From assembly GCA_044336815.1 (NCBI GenBank), contig JBIIOU010000003.1, forward strand, positions 1 to 46,029: DNA of 46,029 nucleotides, written 5' to 3'. The notes beneath the pieces were generated by a model. It was not told the DNA's origin. It made no database searches and saw only the letters and a list, made by a program, of their open reading frames with translations. Source of the stretch: Candidatus Nanopelagicales bacterium (lineage in GTDB: Bacteria; Actinomycetota; Actinomycetes; S36-B12). The position numbers were made by a program, and so were the translations under genes. Numbering within the stretch: position 1 is the stretch's first letter; every line of letters starts with the position of its first letter. Shown one piece after another: positions 38,252 through 46,029 of the stretch.

Positions 38252-39121
38252 CTACGACTGATCTTCTGCTTTACTCATGCGGCGGTTGAGGATTATTCCA
38301 AAAAGAAGTGAGAGCAGGCCTAGGGCGAGAAGAACGGTAATAAACCCTGGGATTGAGATGATCGTGGTCTCGGTGCCATTTCGGGTAACCGAGAAAGTAA
38401 ATTGCACACTTTGGGCACCGGTGCTCGCCGGGTTTGCCGGGCACATGGAGACCCCGCAGTTAACAAGAACCTGCCAGATCGTCAAGCACACGTAGCTGAA
38501 GAGCCAGCCAATAACGGTGAAGGTTGCGACGCGGGCCGGGCCGCCGTGGTGCAGTAAGCCTTCGTCGTCTGTTTGGTAGGAGGAGGTCCAAAGCAAAATA
38601 AATGCGCAAGCGAGAATCCCGGCAATGCAGAGGCCCAGGGCCCAGTAGTAAAGCGGAATCCCCATGACAATGTCATTTGGGTCAAGTACCAGAGTGCCTT
38701 CAGCGCTTCTTATCGCTTGCATGCCGGAGGCGGCTGATCCAACTAGTGCCGCAATGATCGTGATTGCGTAGTGCTTGGGTGAAAGGCCCATTAGTAAATT
38801 CATGATGGGGCCAATTGCCATGCCGACTAGAGCTGATCGTTCAACGATACAAAGTGCACAGGGCGGTTGCCCGTAACCGAATTGCTGCACCAATGAGCCG
38901 GTAACCACCGCGATGATTATCAGCACGGCGATGATGTTCAGCCACCTTGCCGCTCCCACGGCCGGGGTCGGTTCTGATCCTTGGCTTGAGTCGGCAGAAC
39001 TTGAAGACCCTGAGGCTCCGCCGGGTACTTTTGGCATCGAACTTGGCATTTTCGGCGTAGAACTTGGCTTCTTGGGAAGAGCAGACTTCTCCTTGCTCAT
39101 CATCCCTTGGAGGCCGCTCAC
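38252..39121 (-). CDS. dsbB: Disulfide bond formation protein DsbB family
   Basis: QFGYGQPPCALCIVER motif after TM1, GIPLYYWA, several TMs and a second Cys pair CGVSMC. Confidence 0.8.
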   Translation of the reverse strand: MSGLQGMMSKEKSALPKKPSSTPKMPSSMPKVPGGASGSSSSADSSQGSEPTPAVGAARWLNIIAVLIIIAVVTGSLVQQFGYGQPPCALCIVERSALVGMAIGPIMNLLMGLSPKHYAITIIAALVGSAASGMQAIRSAEGTLVLDPNDIVMGIPLYYWALGLCIAGILACAFILLWTSSYQTDDEGLLHHGGPARVATFTVIGWLFSYVCLTIWQVLVNCGVSMCPANPASTGAQSVQFTFSVTRNGTETTIISIPGFITVLLALGLLSLLFGIILNRRMSKAEDQS

Positions 39122-39379
39122 CGGGTGCCCTCAATCTCAATCATGATGCCCTAGTTCCAGAGGACAAATAGTGTCGAAACCCCGAGGGTGGCCAAAGACG
39201 CCGGGGCGACCCAGCGCGACCTGAAGGCGGCGGCAACTATTACCCCGGCCCACAGAATGAACATGATTACCACGAGAATATGATAGCGAAGGGTAGAGGG
39301 GCCCGTGATCCACTATCTAGCAATATTGGCGAAGAACCCCGGTAAGTGCAGTTGGGGAAGGGGAAGGGCATGAAATACC

Positions 39380-40069
39380 GTGCTATCTGACCTCGATGCT
39401 GCCCTAAAGAACTACCTTCAAAATGAGACTATTTCGGGCCAAAGCGTCCAAGTAGCACTGGACCCCCCGACCAAGGATTGGGCAGCCCGTCGCACCGGGG
39501 CGGTGCTGAACCTCTTTTTGGCCGATATCCGTGAAGACGTGGATCGCCGCGATGTCAATTTGCGTGAGATCACCAATGACCAAGGGGTGATCGTCGCCCG
39601 CCAACAGGCTAACCGCTTCTACCTAGTCACTTACCTGTTGACCGCCTGGACTTCAACCCCAGAGGATGACCATCGGTTACTCGGTTTGGCCCTGGTGGCG
39701 ATGCTGCGCCAGGATTATTTGCCATTTGAATATGTCACCGGTGACCTATCAGTATTGGTTGGCGCCGGTTTTCCGCTCACCACCCGGGTGGGTCTGCGGG
39801 CGATGAATGAGCGCACTTATTCAGAGATGATGACCGCCGTGGGCGCTGAGTATCGGCCACCTCTTTCTATCATCATTTCTATGCCGGTACCGACAGGTAC
39901 GCCCGAAGCGGCTGGGCCCCCACAAACAGTTCCCCCGGTTGTCAGTATCGGAGATACCCGATCTGGTGCCTCGACGACCGTGCAAGGTCCAGATCCAGAA
40001 GATCCCGGTGCCGGCTATCGAACTCGAACTCGACCCACAAGTGATGTCAGTGCTCCGGTAAAGCCGTAA
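39380..40069 (+). CDS. Pvc16/Afp16 (DUF4255) CIS cap/terminator protein
   Basis: MLSDLDAALK, LDPPTKDWAARR, LNLFLADIRED and YLLTAWT..PEDDHRLLG motifs. Confidence 0.88.
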   Translation: MLSDLDAALKNYLQNETISGQSVQVALDPPTKDWAARRTGAVLNLFLADIREDVDRRDVNLREITNDQGVIVARQQANRFYLVTYLLTAWTSTPEDDHRLLGLALVAMLRQDYLPFEYVTGDLSVLVGAGFPLTTRVGLRAMNERTYSEMMTAVGAEYRPPLSIIISMPVPTGTPEAAGPPQTVPPVVSIGDTRSGASTTVQGPDPEDPGAGYRTRTRPTSDVSAPVKP

Positions 40070-42061
40070 GTGGTTGCCGTGAAAGCTGAGCTAAACTCGG
40101 AGCAGGAGAATTCTTACGCGATGCGTCGCGTACTTGACTTTCTAGCTGAACGCATCGCAATGATCATCGAATTTGAGCGAGCTGCTGATGATGTCGCAGA
40201 TCACCAGCGGGGTCACTATTTCCCCCCCCACCTAATAACTCGTGATGCTCGCAAAGGTGCGCCACAAAGTTTTAAGGACGTCATACCATTTGGAGACTTA
40301 CCGGAGAGGTTGATTCATTTAGCTAAGAGTGCTGATCTGCTTGATATTGATTTGGGCATTCTTTTGACGGCAATGTCGGTAAATTTGCAGCAGCGCTTTG
40401 AACATTTCTTCATAGTCCTCAACAATGAAGTTGACACTCGAGGGCCGAACGTCTCAACAGCAATTCGCCTTGCTGGGTATGACCCAGACAGTGCCGATGC
40501 GCGAAGTCGACTGCGCCCTGATCGGCCGCTTCTAGCTCTCGGACTCATTGAGATCACGAACTCCAAAAGGTCCTTACTAACCCAAGTGTTAACCGTGCCC
40601 GAACGCGTGGTTGCGCATTTGCTTGGTGATGATGAGTTTGCGCCAGGCACAAGTTCTATCGCTTCGTTCATGGGTTCACCGCTGCTACCCGAGGAGTTAC
40701 TTCCAAAGCTTCCGGATGATTTGGAGCTACCTGTTATTTTTCGAGCTGGGTCAGGTACAGCTGGGCGTGAACAGGCTTACGCCCTTGCATATCGAACGAC
40801 AGGCAAGTCCCCGTTGCTTATTGACGGGTTAGGTTTAAGTCGAATTGAGGACGTATGTTCGCTGCAGATCCGCGAGTGTGTTCGCGAGGCGGCACTTGCT
40901 GGCAGTCCGATAGTTCTAGATATTCGGCACGCTGACACCGGGATGTCGGTTAGCGAAATCGCGCGGCTATTTGGAACTCTCTCGGTCGCCTTCATCATCC
41001 TTATTGAAGCTAAAGCGCATGTCGAGCTCTGGCATGGTTCGACCGTAGATCTGCCGCTGCCGACCGCGGGCGTGCGGCGCAGTTGGTGGGAACACCTAGG
41101 TGATGGAACCGAGCGAACCGCCGCCGCCGATGCCGCAATTCACGTTGACCCCCAGGAGTTGCACGCGCACCTAACCAATGGGGGCCCGCTGGCTCCAAGA
41201 GCCATCGAAAGCGGCACCTTGACCCAGGCGGTCGACCCGGAGTTCACCCTGGAGGATCTGGTGGCGTCGGCCCGGGTGACCGACGCCCTCCGTGAACTTC
41301 GGGATCGGGTCAGGCATCGCACCGTGGTTCTTGATGAGTGGCGAATGCGGCCCGGTGGTGGCCGCGGCCGCGGGGTAACCGCCTTGTTCTCGGGCCCATC
41401 GGGCACCGGGAAAACCATGGCGGCTGAAGCCTTGGCTGGTGAGCTTGGGGTACCGCTATTTCGGGTCAACTTGGCCAGCGTGGTCGATAAATACATAGGG
41501 GAGACCGAAAAAAAGCTGGATCGGGTCTTTACCTCGGTCGAAGATGTCGATGGGGTACTCCTTTTTGATGAGGCGGACGCCCTATTTAGCAAGCGTTCGG
41601 GGGTCTCTGATGCCCGAGACCGGTACGCCAACCTAGAAGTGGCCTATCTCTTGCAGCGAATGGAGTCCTTTGACGGGCTGGCGGTCTTGACCACGAACCT
41701 CCGGGCCAACCTCGATGAGGCCCTAATCCGGCGCCTGGACGCTGCTATTGATTTCCCGGAGCCCCAGGCCGAAGAAAGATATCTCCTGTGGCTGGCGTGT
41801 CTTAAGGGGAACATGGGGCGGGTGGGGCAGAATCACGTTCAACGGTTATCAGTGCTTCCCCTGACCGGCGGGTCTATTCGGGCGGCATCGGTGTCCGCCG
41901 CTTACTTGGCTGCCGCTCAAGGGGAACTTCTAGGCCCCGCACATCTCCTCCGCGGCGTGCAGCAGGAGTGGAGCAAGCAAGGTCGGCTTTCCTTCCCCAC
42001 GACCGAGTTTGAAGAGAGCTTCACGGAGGCTGCACATGACGAACCTGATAAACGAATTTGA
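40070..42061 (+). CDS. Pvc15/Afp15-type CIS AAA+ ATPase
   Basis: N-terminal LNNEVDTRGP and VPERVVAHLLG, a degenerate first AAA module, then ALFSGPSGTGKT, VVDKYIGETEK, LLFDEADALF and DRYANLEVAYLLQRME. Confidence 0.92.
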   Translation: MVAVKAELNSEQENSYAMRRVLDFLAERIAMIIEFERAADDVADHQRGHYFPPHLITRDARKGAPQSFKDVIPFGDLPERLIHLAKSADLLDIDLGILLTAMSVNLQQRFEHFFIVLNNEVDTRGPNVSTAIRLAGYDPDSADARSRLRPDRPLLALGLIEITNSKRSLLTQVLTVPERVVAHLLGDDEFAPGTSSIASFMGSPLLPEELLPKLPDDLELPVIFRAGSGTAGREQAYALAYRTTGKSPLLIDGLGLSRIEDVCSLQIRECVREAALAGSPIVLDIRHADTGMSVSEIARLFGTLSVAFIILIEAKAHVELWHGSTVDLPLPTAGVRRSWWEHLGDGTERTAAADAAIHVDPQELHAHLTNGGPLAPRAIESGTLTQAVDPEFTLEDLVASARVTDALRELRDRVRHRTVVLDEWRMRPGGGRGRGVTALFSGPSGTGKTMAAEALAGELGVPLFRVNLASVVDKYIGETEKKLDRVFTSVEDVDGVLLFDEADALFSKRSGVSDARDRYANLEVAYLLQRMESFDGLAVLTTNLRANLDEALIRRLDAAIDFPEPQAEERYLLWLACLKGNMGRVGQNHVQRLSVLPLTGGSIRAASVSAAYLAAAQGELLGPAHLLRGVQQEWSKQGRLSFPTTEFEESFTEAAHDEPDKRI

Positions 42062-44339
42062 TGCCCTTGGGCAAAACAAATATGTGACTCAGGGCAAGAC
42101 CGCTGCAACGAACATGCGCCATAAGGGCGGAAGCGCCAGCGATGACCAAATCGGCGACGATGTAGAAGATGTTCAGTTTGATACCACGATGGATCCGCAG
42201 ATCGATCCTGATCGCGTTGATCCTGCATTTGACCCTTCCAGTGCTTCGCTCGCTACCCGCCCACTCATCTGGATGTCCGACGCTTTAACTGACGTAGTCC
42301 CCGGGCAATCTGTCCGAATAAAAGTTAGCGTTCGAAATGTCGGAACTATTGTTGAGACTTACGATCTAAGTGTCTTGGGTCCGGCCCGCACATGGGTGTC
42401 GGTGGCACCATCTGAGATCTCGCTTTTCCCAGGTGACGAGGGCTCAGCTGTTGTCACCATTAAGCCACCGCGAAGCCCAAATATGCTCGCCGGCAGGTAT
42501 GAGGTGGCCATCAAAGCGACTTCACAGGTCTTGTGGGCCGAAAGGGCCGTTGCTGAATTCAGCGTCACTGTTGCGCCGTACCATCAATTCAAGGCAGTCA
42601 TTGCGCGCAGCACCTTGGAACTTAAAACGAAGACATCGACATACCTTCAAATTGTCAATGAAGGAAATTCATCAACCAAGTTTTCTGTTGACGTAACAGA
42701 CCCGGATGGCGTCTTTGAGGGCACATTAGATGCCCCTACGTATGTACTAGATCCCGGGCAACCAGCCTGGCTAAAAGTGGAAGTCACTGGCCCCGTTCAC
42801 ATTATTGGCAAGCAAGTACATGGGGCCGTATTCGCTCACGTCAACCAAGTTCTTGACCTGGTCACCAATACACCGGTGATCGGGTCAAAGCCATTTGTGC
42901 AGCGCGTGGCGGTGACGCAAAAACCAGTCATTCGTTTCAGACTTGGCTGGTTCGGACGGATACTCATAATCTTCCTCCTCCTCGCTTTGGTCGCTGCATT
43001 CGTCCTCTCTCGGTTTTTCAGCACAGCGCCCCAGTCAAGCGCGGGGGCGCCTTCTTACCCAACTAACTTCTCCGCAGTAATGAGCGGAAACACCAATGTC
43101 GTTCTCACCTGGGACCCAGTAACTGGAGCCACGGGCTACCACATCTATGCGGTGGGTGAGGCCGGGAGTTCTGCCTCTCCTTCTGCGGCTGCGACAACCG
43201 CACCGGCCCCTGCGACAACCGCACCGGCCCCTGCGACAACCGCACCGGTCCCTGCGACAACCGCACCGGCCCCTGTGACAACCGCACCGGCCCCTGTGAC
43301 AACCGCACCGGTGAACTATGTGCAACCTGCCGCTGCCACCAACCGGACGAAAGCTGTGATTTTGTCAAGTACGTACGCATTGGACTCATCGGTTTTCGTG
43401 TTTGAGCCACAAACCAAGAACGGGAAGACTTCTAAGAATAACGCGAAGCAGCGAAGTCAAAAGTTCCAAGAAATTGCAGCGCGACTACCTATGGTGGTAC
43501 CGCAAGGTGGATCGGTATCGTCCTCGTCACCGAGTGCGTCGAGTGCATCGAGTGCATCGGGCTCCTCTAGCGGGGCGTCAGGTTCGCCAACACCGTCGTC
43601 GACCGTTTCCGCCTTGAGCTCGGCTTCCGCCGCGTCATTGGATTTGTCTAACCCAACTTCAGCCTGCCAAAACTGCACATCGGTGAATTCGTTGCCGTCG
43701 GGATCGACTCGGTATGAAGTTTCTGGAGCTAAGGCTGGCATCTTGGCCTGCTACCGCATTGTGGCTCTCAACGGAAGTTACAGTTCCCTTTACAGTGGCG
43801 CCGCTTGCGTGCAGGTGCCAACTGTCGAGCAGGCCGCAGCCGCTGACAACGCCGCCGCCGCGGCCGCGGCATCCAGCGCCGCTTCAGCCTCACCGTCGCC
43901 AACAGCTATTCCGGCGTGTGCGCCGGTGAAATTCAAGGTGACCGCGATGAGTTCAAGTGCAATAGGGATTGTGTGGCAGGCTCCAACGAAGTTACCAAAA
44001 GGCGCGGTAGATGATTACTGCGATTTAACGATTCCAATTACCGGGTGGGATATTCAGCACCAAATTCTTACCGGGTGGTCATCGGTTTCGCCAGCACCGC
44101 AATTAAACGACACCGCTTTGCAACTCAGCGGATTATCCCCGGATACAGAATATTGCTTCAGAATGAACAGTGTTACGGCTACTGGCCCCTCCTTGTTTAG
44201 CAAGGAAGTGTGCGCCACAACAGATGAGGAAGTCGTGGCATCACCTTCCGCGTCACCATCGAGCAGTGCATCCGCAAGTGCGTCAGCGAGTGCGACGGCA
44301 ACAACCGGAGATACCGCTGTGCCCGCCCCAACCAGCTAA
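42036..44339 (+). CDS. CIS-associated bitopic membrane protein: cytoplasmic Ig-like repeats, TM, extracellular fibronectin type III domains
   Basis: VRNVGTIVETY..V.G..WV.V.P..ISLFPG...PPRSP..AG pattern, recalled from Streptomyces CIS 'hydrolytic proteins'. TM ILIIFLLLALVAAFVL. FN3 motifs LTWDP/GYHIY and LSPDTEYCFR. GGAGG before the ATG at 42036. Confidence 0.8.
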   Translation: MTNLINEFDALGQNKYVTQGKTAATNMRHKGGSASDDQIGDDVEDVQFDTTMDPQIDPDRVDPAFDPSSASLATRPLIWMSDALTDVVPGQSVRIKVSVRNVGTIVETYDLSVLGPARTWVSVAPSEISLFPGDEGSAVVTIKPPRSPNMLAGRYEVAIKATSQVLWAERAVAEFSVTVAPYHQFKAVIARSTLELKTKTSTYLQIVNEGNSSTKFSVDVTDPDGVFEGTLDAPTYVLDPGQPAWLKVEVTGPVHIIGKQVHGAVFAHVNQVLDLVTNTPVIGSKPFVQRVAVTQKPVIRFRLGWFGRILIIFLLLALVAAFVLSRFFSTAPQSSAGAPSYPTNFSAVMSGNTNVVLTWDPVTGATGYHIYAVGEAGSSASPSAAATTAPAPATTAPAPATTAPVPATTAPAPVTTAPAPVTTAPVNYVQPAAATNRTKAVILSSTYALDSSVFVFEPQTKNGKTSKNNAKQRSQKFQEIAARLPMVVPQGGSVSSSSPSASSASSASGSSSGASGSPTPSSTVSALSSASAASLDLSNPTSACQNCTSVNSLPSGSTRYEVSGAKAGILACYRIVALNGSYSSLYSGAACVQVPTVEQAAAADNAAAAAAASSAASASPSPTAIPACAPVKFKVTAMSSSAIGIVWQAPTKLPKGAVDDYCDLTIPITGWDIQHQILTGWSSVSPAPQLNDTALQLSGLSPDTEYCFRMNSVTATGPSLFSKEVCATTDEEVVASPSASPSSSASASASASATATTGDTAVPAPTS
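43191..43311 (+). repeat. 21-bp coding tandem repeat (ATTAPAP x ~5.8)
   Basis: GCGACAACCGCACCGGCCCCT units with only single-base variants. Confidence 0.95.
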
Positions 44340-44362
44340 CGTCGCCAAGTAGTTTGAGCGGA

Positions 44363-46029
44363 TCAAGACTGTGAAGTTTTAGAAGGTGTTGGGCTTGCTG
44401 TTGAAGGTGCCGGCGTTGGGTTAGGCGAACCGGTCGTTGTTGGTGATGTAGAAGAACTGGCTGATGGGGTTGGCGACGGGCTAGGAATGGTGCCCGGTGC
44501 CGCACATGGGATAGCCGAGGCGCTCGGAGTAGCGGATGCAGACCCGGACGGGGAGCTAGTACCAGCAGGTGCCGATGTTCCCGATGCCGCCGAACTTGGT
44601 GCTGATGAGGCGGCTGAACTTGGTGCGGCTGACGCGCTGCTGCTTTCGCCCCCAGGTCTAAACGGATTGAGTACCTCTACTGTGCTGACACTTGGACTCT
44701 GCAGGAAGTTCAGTGAGCTGATGGCGACCGCGCCAAAATTTGGATCAGGGGTAATCACGTAGCGCGACGGATACACCGAGTCAATTGAGACCGTCACGCT
44801 GGTTGCGTAAGTGGTCGGGAAACTCATTATTTGTGTGTAGAGAGCATTGCTGGTCGGTGCTTCGAGTAACACAGTGTCGATCGTTCCGCTAGGGGAAAAT
44901 GTCATGCTTATATTTTTCGGCTGGGCAAGGGCTTGGACGTCGATGTCACTGTCTTGGGTGCCGGGTGCGACGATAATTCTATCGATGGGGTAGCACTGCG
45001 TGAAGGTAAATGTAATTGTGGTACCAACTCCGAGGCCGTTCATCTCCGCACTAGCCCAGTAATCGACGGAGTTGGCTTGGTTAAGGCTGGTTGGAGTGGT
45101 TCCCGGCAATGATGAACTGGCGGTAATACTCGCAACCGACGTTTCTTCACCAAGTTTCGGAAAGATGAACTCGGAAATAGTTTGACCAGTTTCCTTAAAA
45201 AAAGCCCTTGTTGTAGCTGCCATTGGGCCCCAGAAGAAAAACCAAATGAGGAACACTATGAGCCCAAGAATTACGTAAAGCAGGTAGCTTTTTCGCCAAG
45301 CCTTCTGAACTGGCGATGAAGTTGACCCACCCGGCCTACCGGCCCCGGTGGACTCTTTTATTACTGGCGGCACCGGTGCCAGGCGATAGGTAGATAGGTA
45401 GCTTCCGCACCATTCGCAGTAGGCATGGTCGATTGGATTGTGGTGGCCGCAGTGAGCGCATTCTACCGCGGGGCCATGGGTTTCTCCCTCAGCAAGAATT
45501 GAGCGCCGAGTGCGTTGTTGTCTCTCCTCTTCCTCTTGTGGGAGCTCTGCAACAACGTCAACGGTGGGATGAGCGGGGATAACATTGACAGTCGCCACCT
45601 CAGTATTGATAAGACCGGCGGCAGGGGAGAGGTCATCTTCACCGGTGGCCGCAGCTGGGTCGGTGCCTGAAGTTGTCGCGTTCGGGTCAGCCGTTTTTGG
45701 CGCTTTGGGGCGCCGCCAAAAGGCCCACCAAGGTATGGGCTTGCTATCAACCGAATCAGAGTCATCGTCACCAGAGTCATCGTCACCAGAGTCGCCGTCA
45801 TGATGACCAAGGTGCAAGCCGTGGAAGCGATGATGGGGCTCGTCCGTTGGCAGAGGTACCGTTTCGACAGGCTCCTCGGGTGTTTGCGTCACCGCGGGTT
45901 CGACAACCACGACGGGTTCGGTTGGCTCGGGTGCAGGCGGCTTTGGCTCGGGCACCGTGGAGGTTACCTCTGTGGGGCTCCAAGATGGGACGCCCATGAA
46001 CTCTAGGTAGGCACCACATGTTGGGCAGT
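44363..46029 (-). CDS. CisA-like CIS membrane anchor (zinc ribbons, TM, discoidin/NADase-type glycan-binding domain), 5'-truncated by the window edge
   Basis: The frame stays open past the annotated Met to the window end (CPTCGAYLEF-MGVP). CAHCG..CEWCG ribbon, TM YLLYVILGLIVFLIWFFFW, then ASSSLPG, YWAS and VAISSLNF. Confidence 0.8.
   Translation of the reverse strand, partial: CPTCGAYLEFMGVPSWSPTEVTSTVPEPKPPAPEPTEPVVVVEPAVTQTPEEPVETVPLPTDEPHHRFHGLHLGHHDGDSGDDDSGDDDSDSVDSKPIPWWAFWRRPKAPKTADPNATTSGTDPAAATGEDDLSPAAGLINTEVATVNVIPAHPTVDVVAELPQEEEERQQRTRRSILAEGETHGPAVECAHCGHHNPIDHAYCEWCGSYLSTYRLAPVPPVIKESTGAGRPGGSTSSPVQKAWRKSYLLYVILGLIVFLIWFFFWGPMAATTRAFFKETGQTISEFIFPKLGEETSVASITASSSLPGTTPTSLNQANSVDYWASAEMNGLGVGTTITFTFTQCYPIDRIIVAPGTQDSDIDVQALAQPKNISMTFSPSGTIDTVLLEAPTSNALYTQIMSFPTTYATSVTVSIDSVYPSRYVITPDPNFGAVAISSLNFLQSPSVSTVEVLNPFRPGGESSSASAAPSSAASSAPSSAASGTSAPAGTSSPSGSASATPSASAIPCAAPGTIPSPSPTPSASSSTSPTTTGSPNPTPAPSTASPTPSKTSQS
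45757..45800 (-). repeat. 15-bp coding tandem repeat (GDDDS x ~3)
   Basis: CAGAGTCATCGTCAC units on the + strand. Confidence 0.8.

Noticed and set aside
32265-39121. DsbA and DsbB as a cognate redox pair
   Set aside because: The DsbA-family protein is FrnE-like with no export signal, so it is probably in the wrong compartment, and it lies over 5 kb away.
43191-43311. Possible CRISPR array
   Set aside because: Contiguous 21-bp in-frame units without spacers, and no cas genes.
39380-46029. Prophage or type VI secretion system
   Set aside because: No integrase, capsid, terminase or TssJLM/ClpV genes. Pvc16 plus a Pvc15-type ATPase indicates a CIS.

Overview
High-GC actinobacterial-type DNA (inferred from leaderless TAnnnT-N6-start promoters, an F420-type LLM and Streptomyces-type CIS genes). 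No rRNA, tRNA, CRISPR array or transposase was seen. There are three blocks. (1) 1-29.1 kb is a catabolic island. It holds a CoA-dependent ring-opening/beta-oxidation set (thiolase, CaiB/BaiF CoA-transferase, TrmB regulator, MenB/BadI-type hydrolase, 3-hydroxyacyl-CoA dehydrogenase, an LLM pair, PaaK-type ligase) and a sugar-type ABC importer. It also holds a kinase plus PLP phospho-lyase pair, two LamB/PxpA paralogues with a split BCCP/biotin carboxylase/PxpB/PxpC module, an EthD-like protein, and tetronate enzymes (two DUF1537 kinases, PdxA, LtnD-like). (2) 29.3-36.5 kb carries LemA-DUF2207, two unannotated tandem paralogous ~55-aa peptides ending in CxCFEG (one absent from the ORF track), a FrnE-type DsbA, secreted Cys-rich proteins, an F420 LLM and idi. 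(3) 36.5-46 kb is the left edge of a contractile injection system (CIS) locus: Pvc16/DUF4255, a Pvc15-type AAA ATPase, a membrane FN3 protein and a CisA-like anchor running off the window. A divergent dsbB plus candidate cargo operon lies next to it. All family calls are from motif recognition, not database searches.
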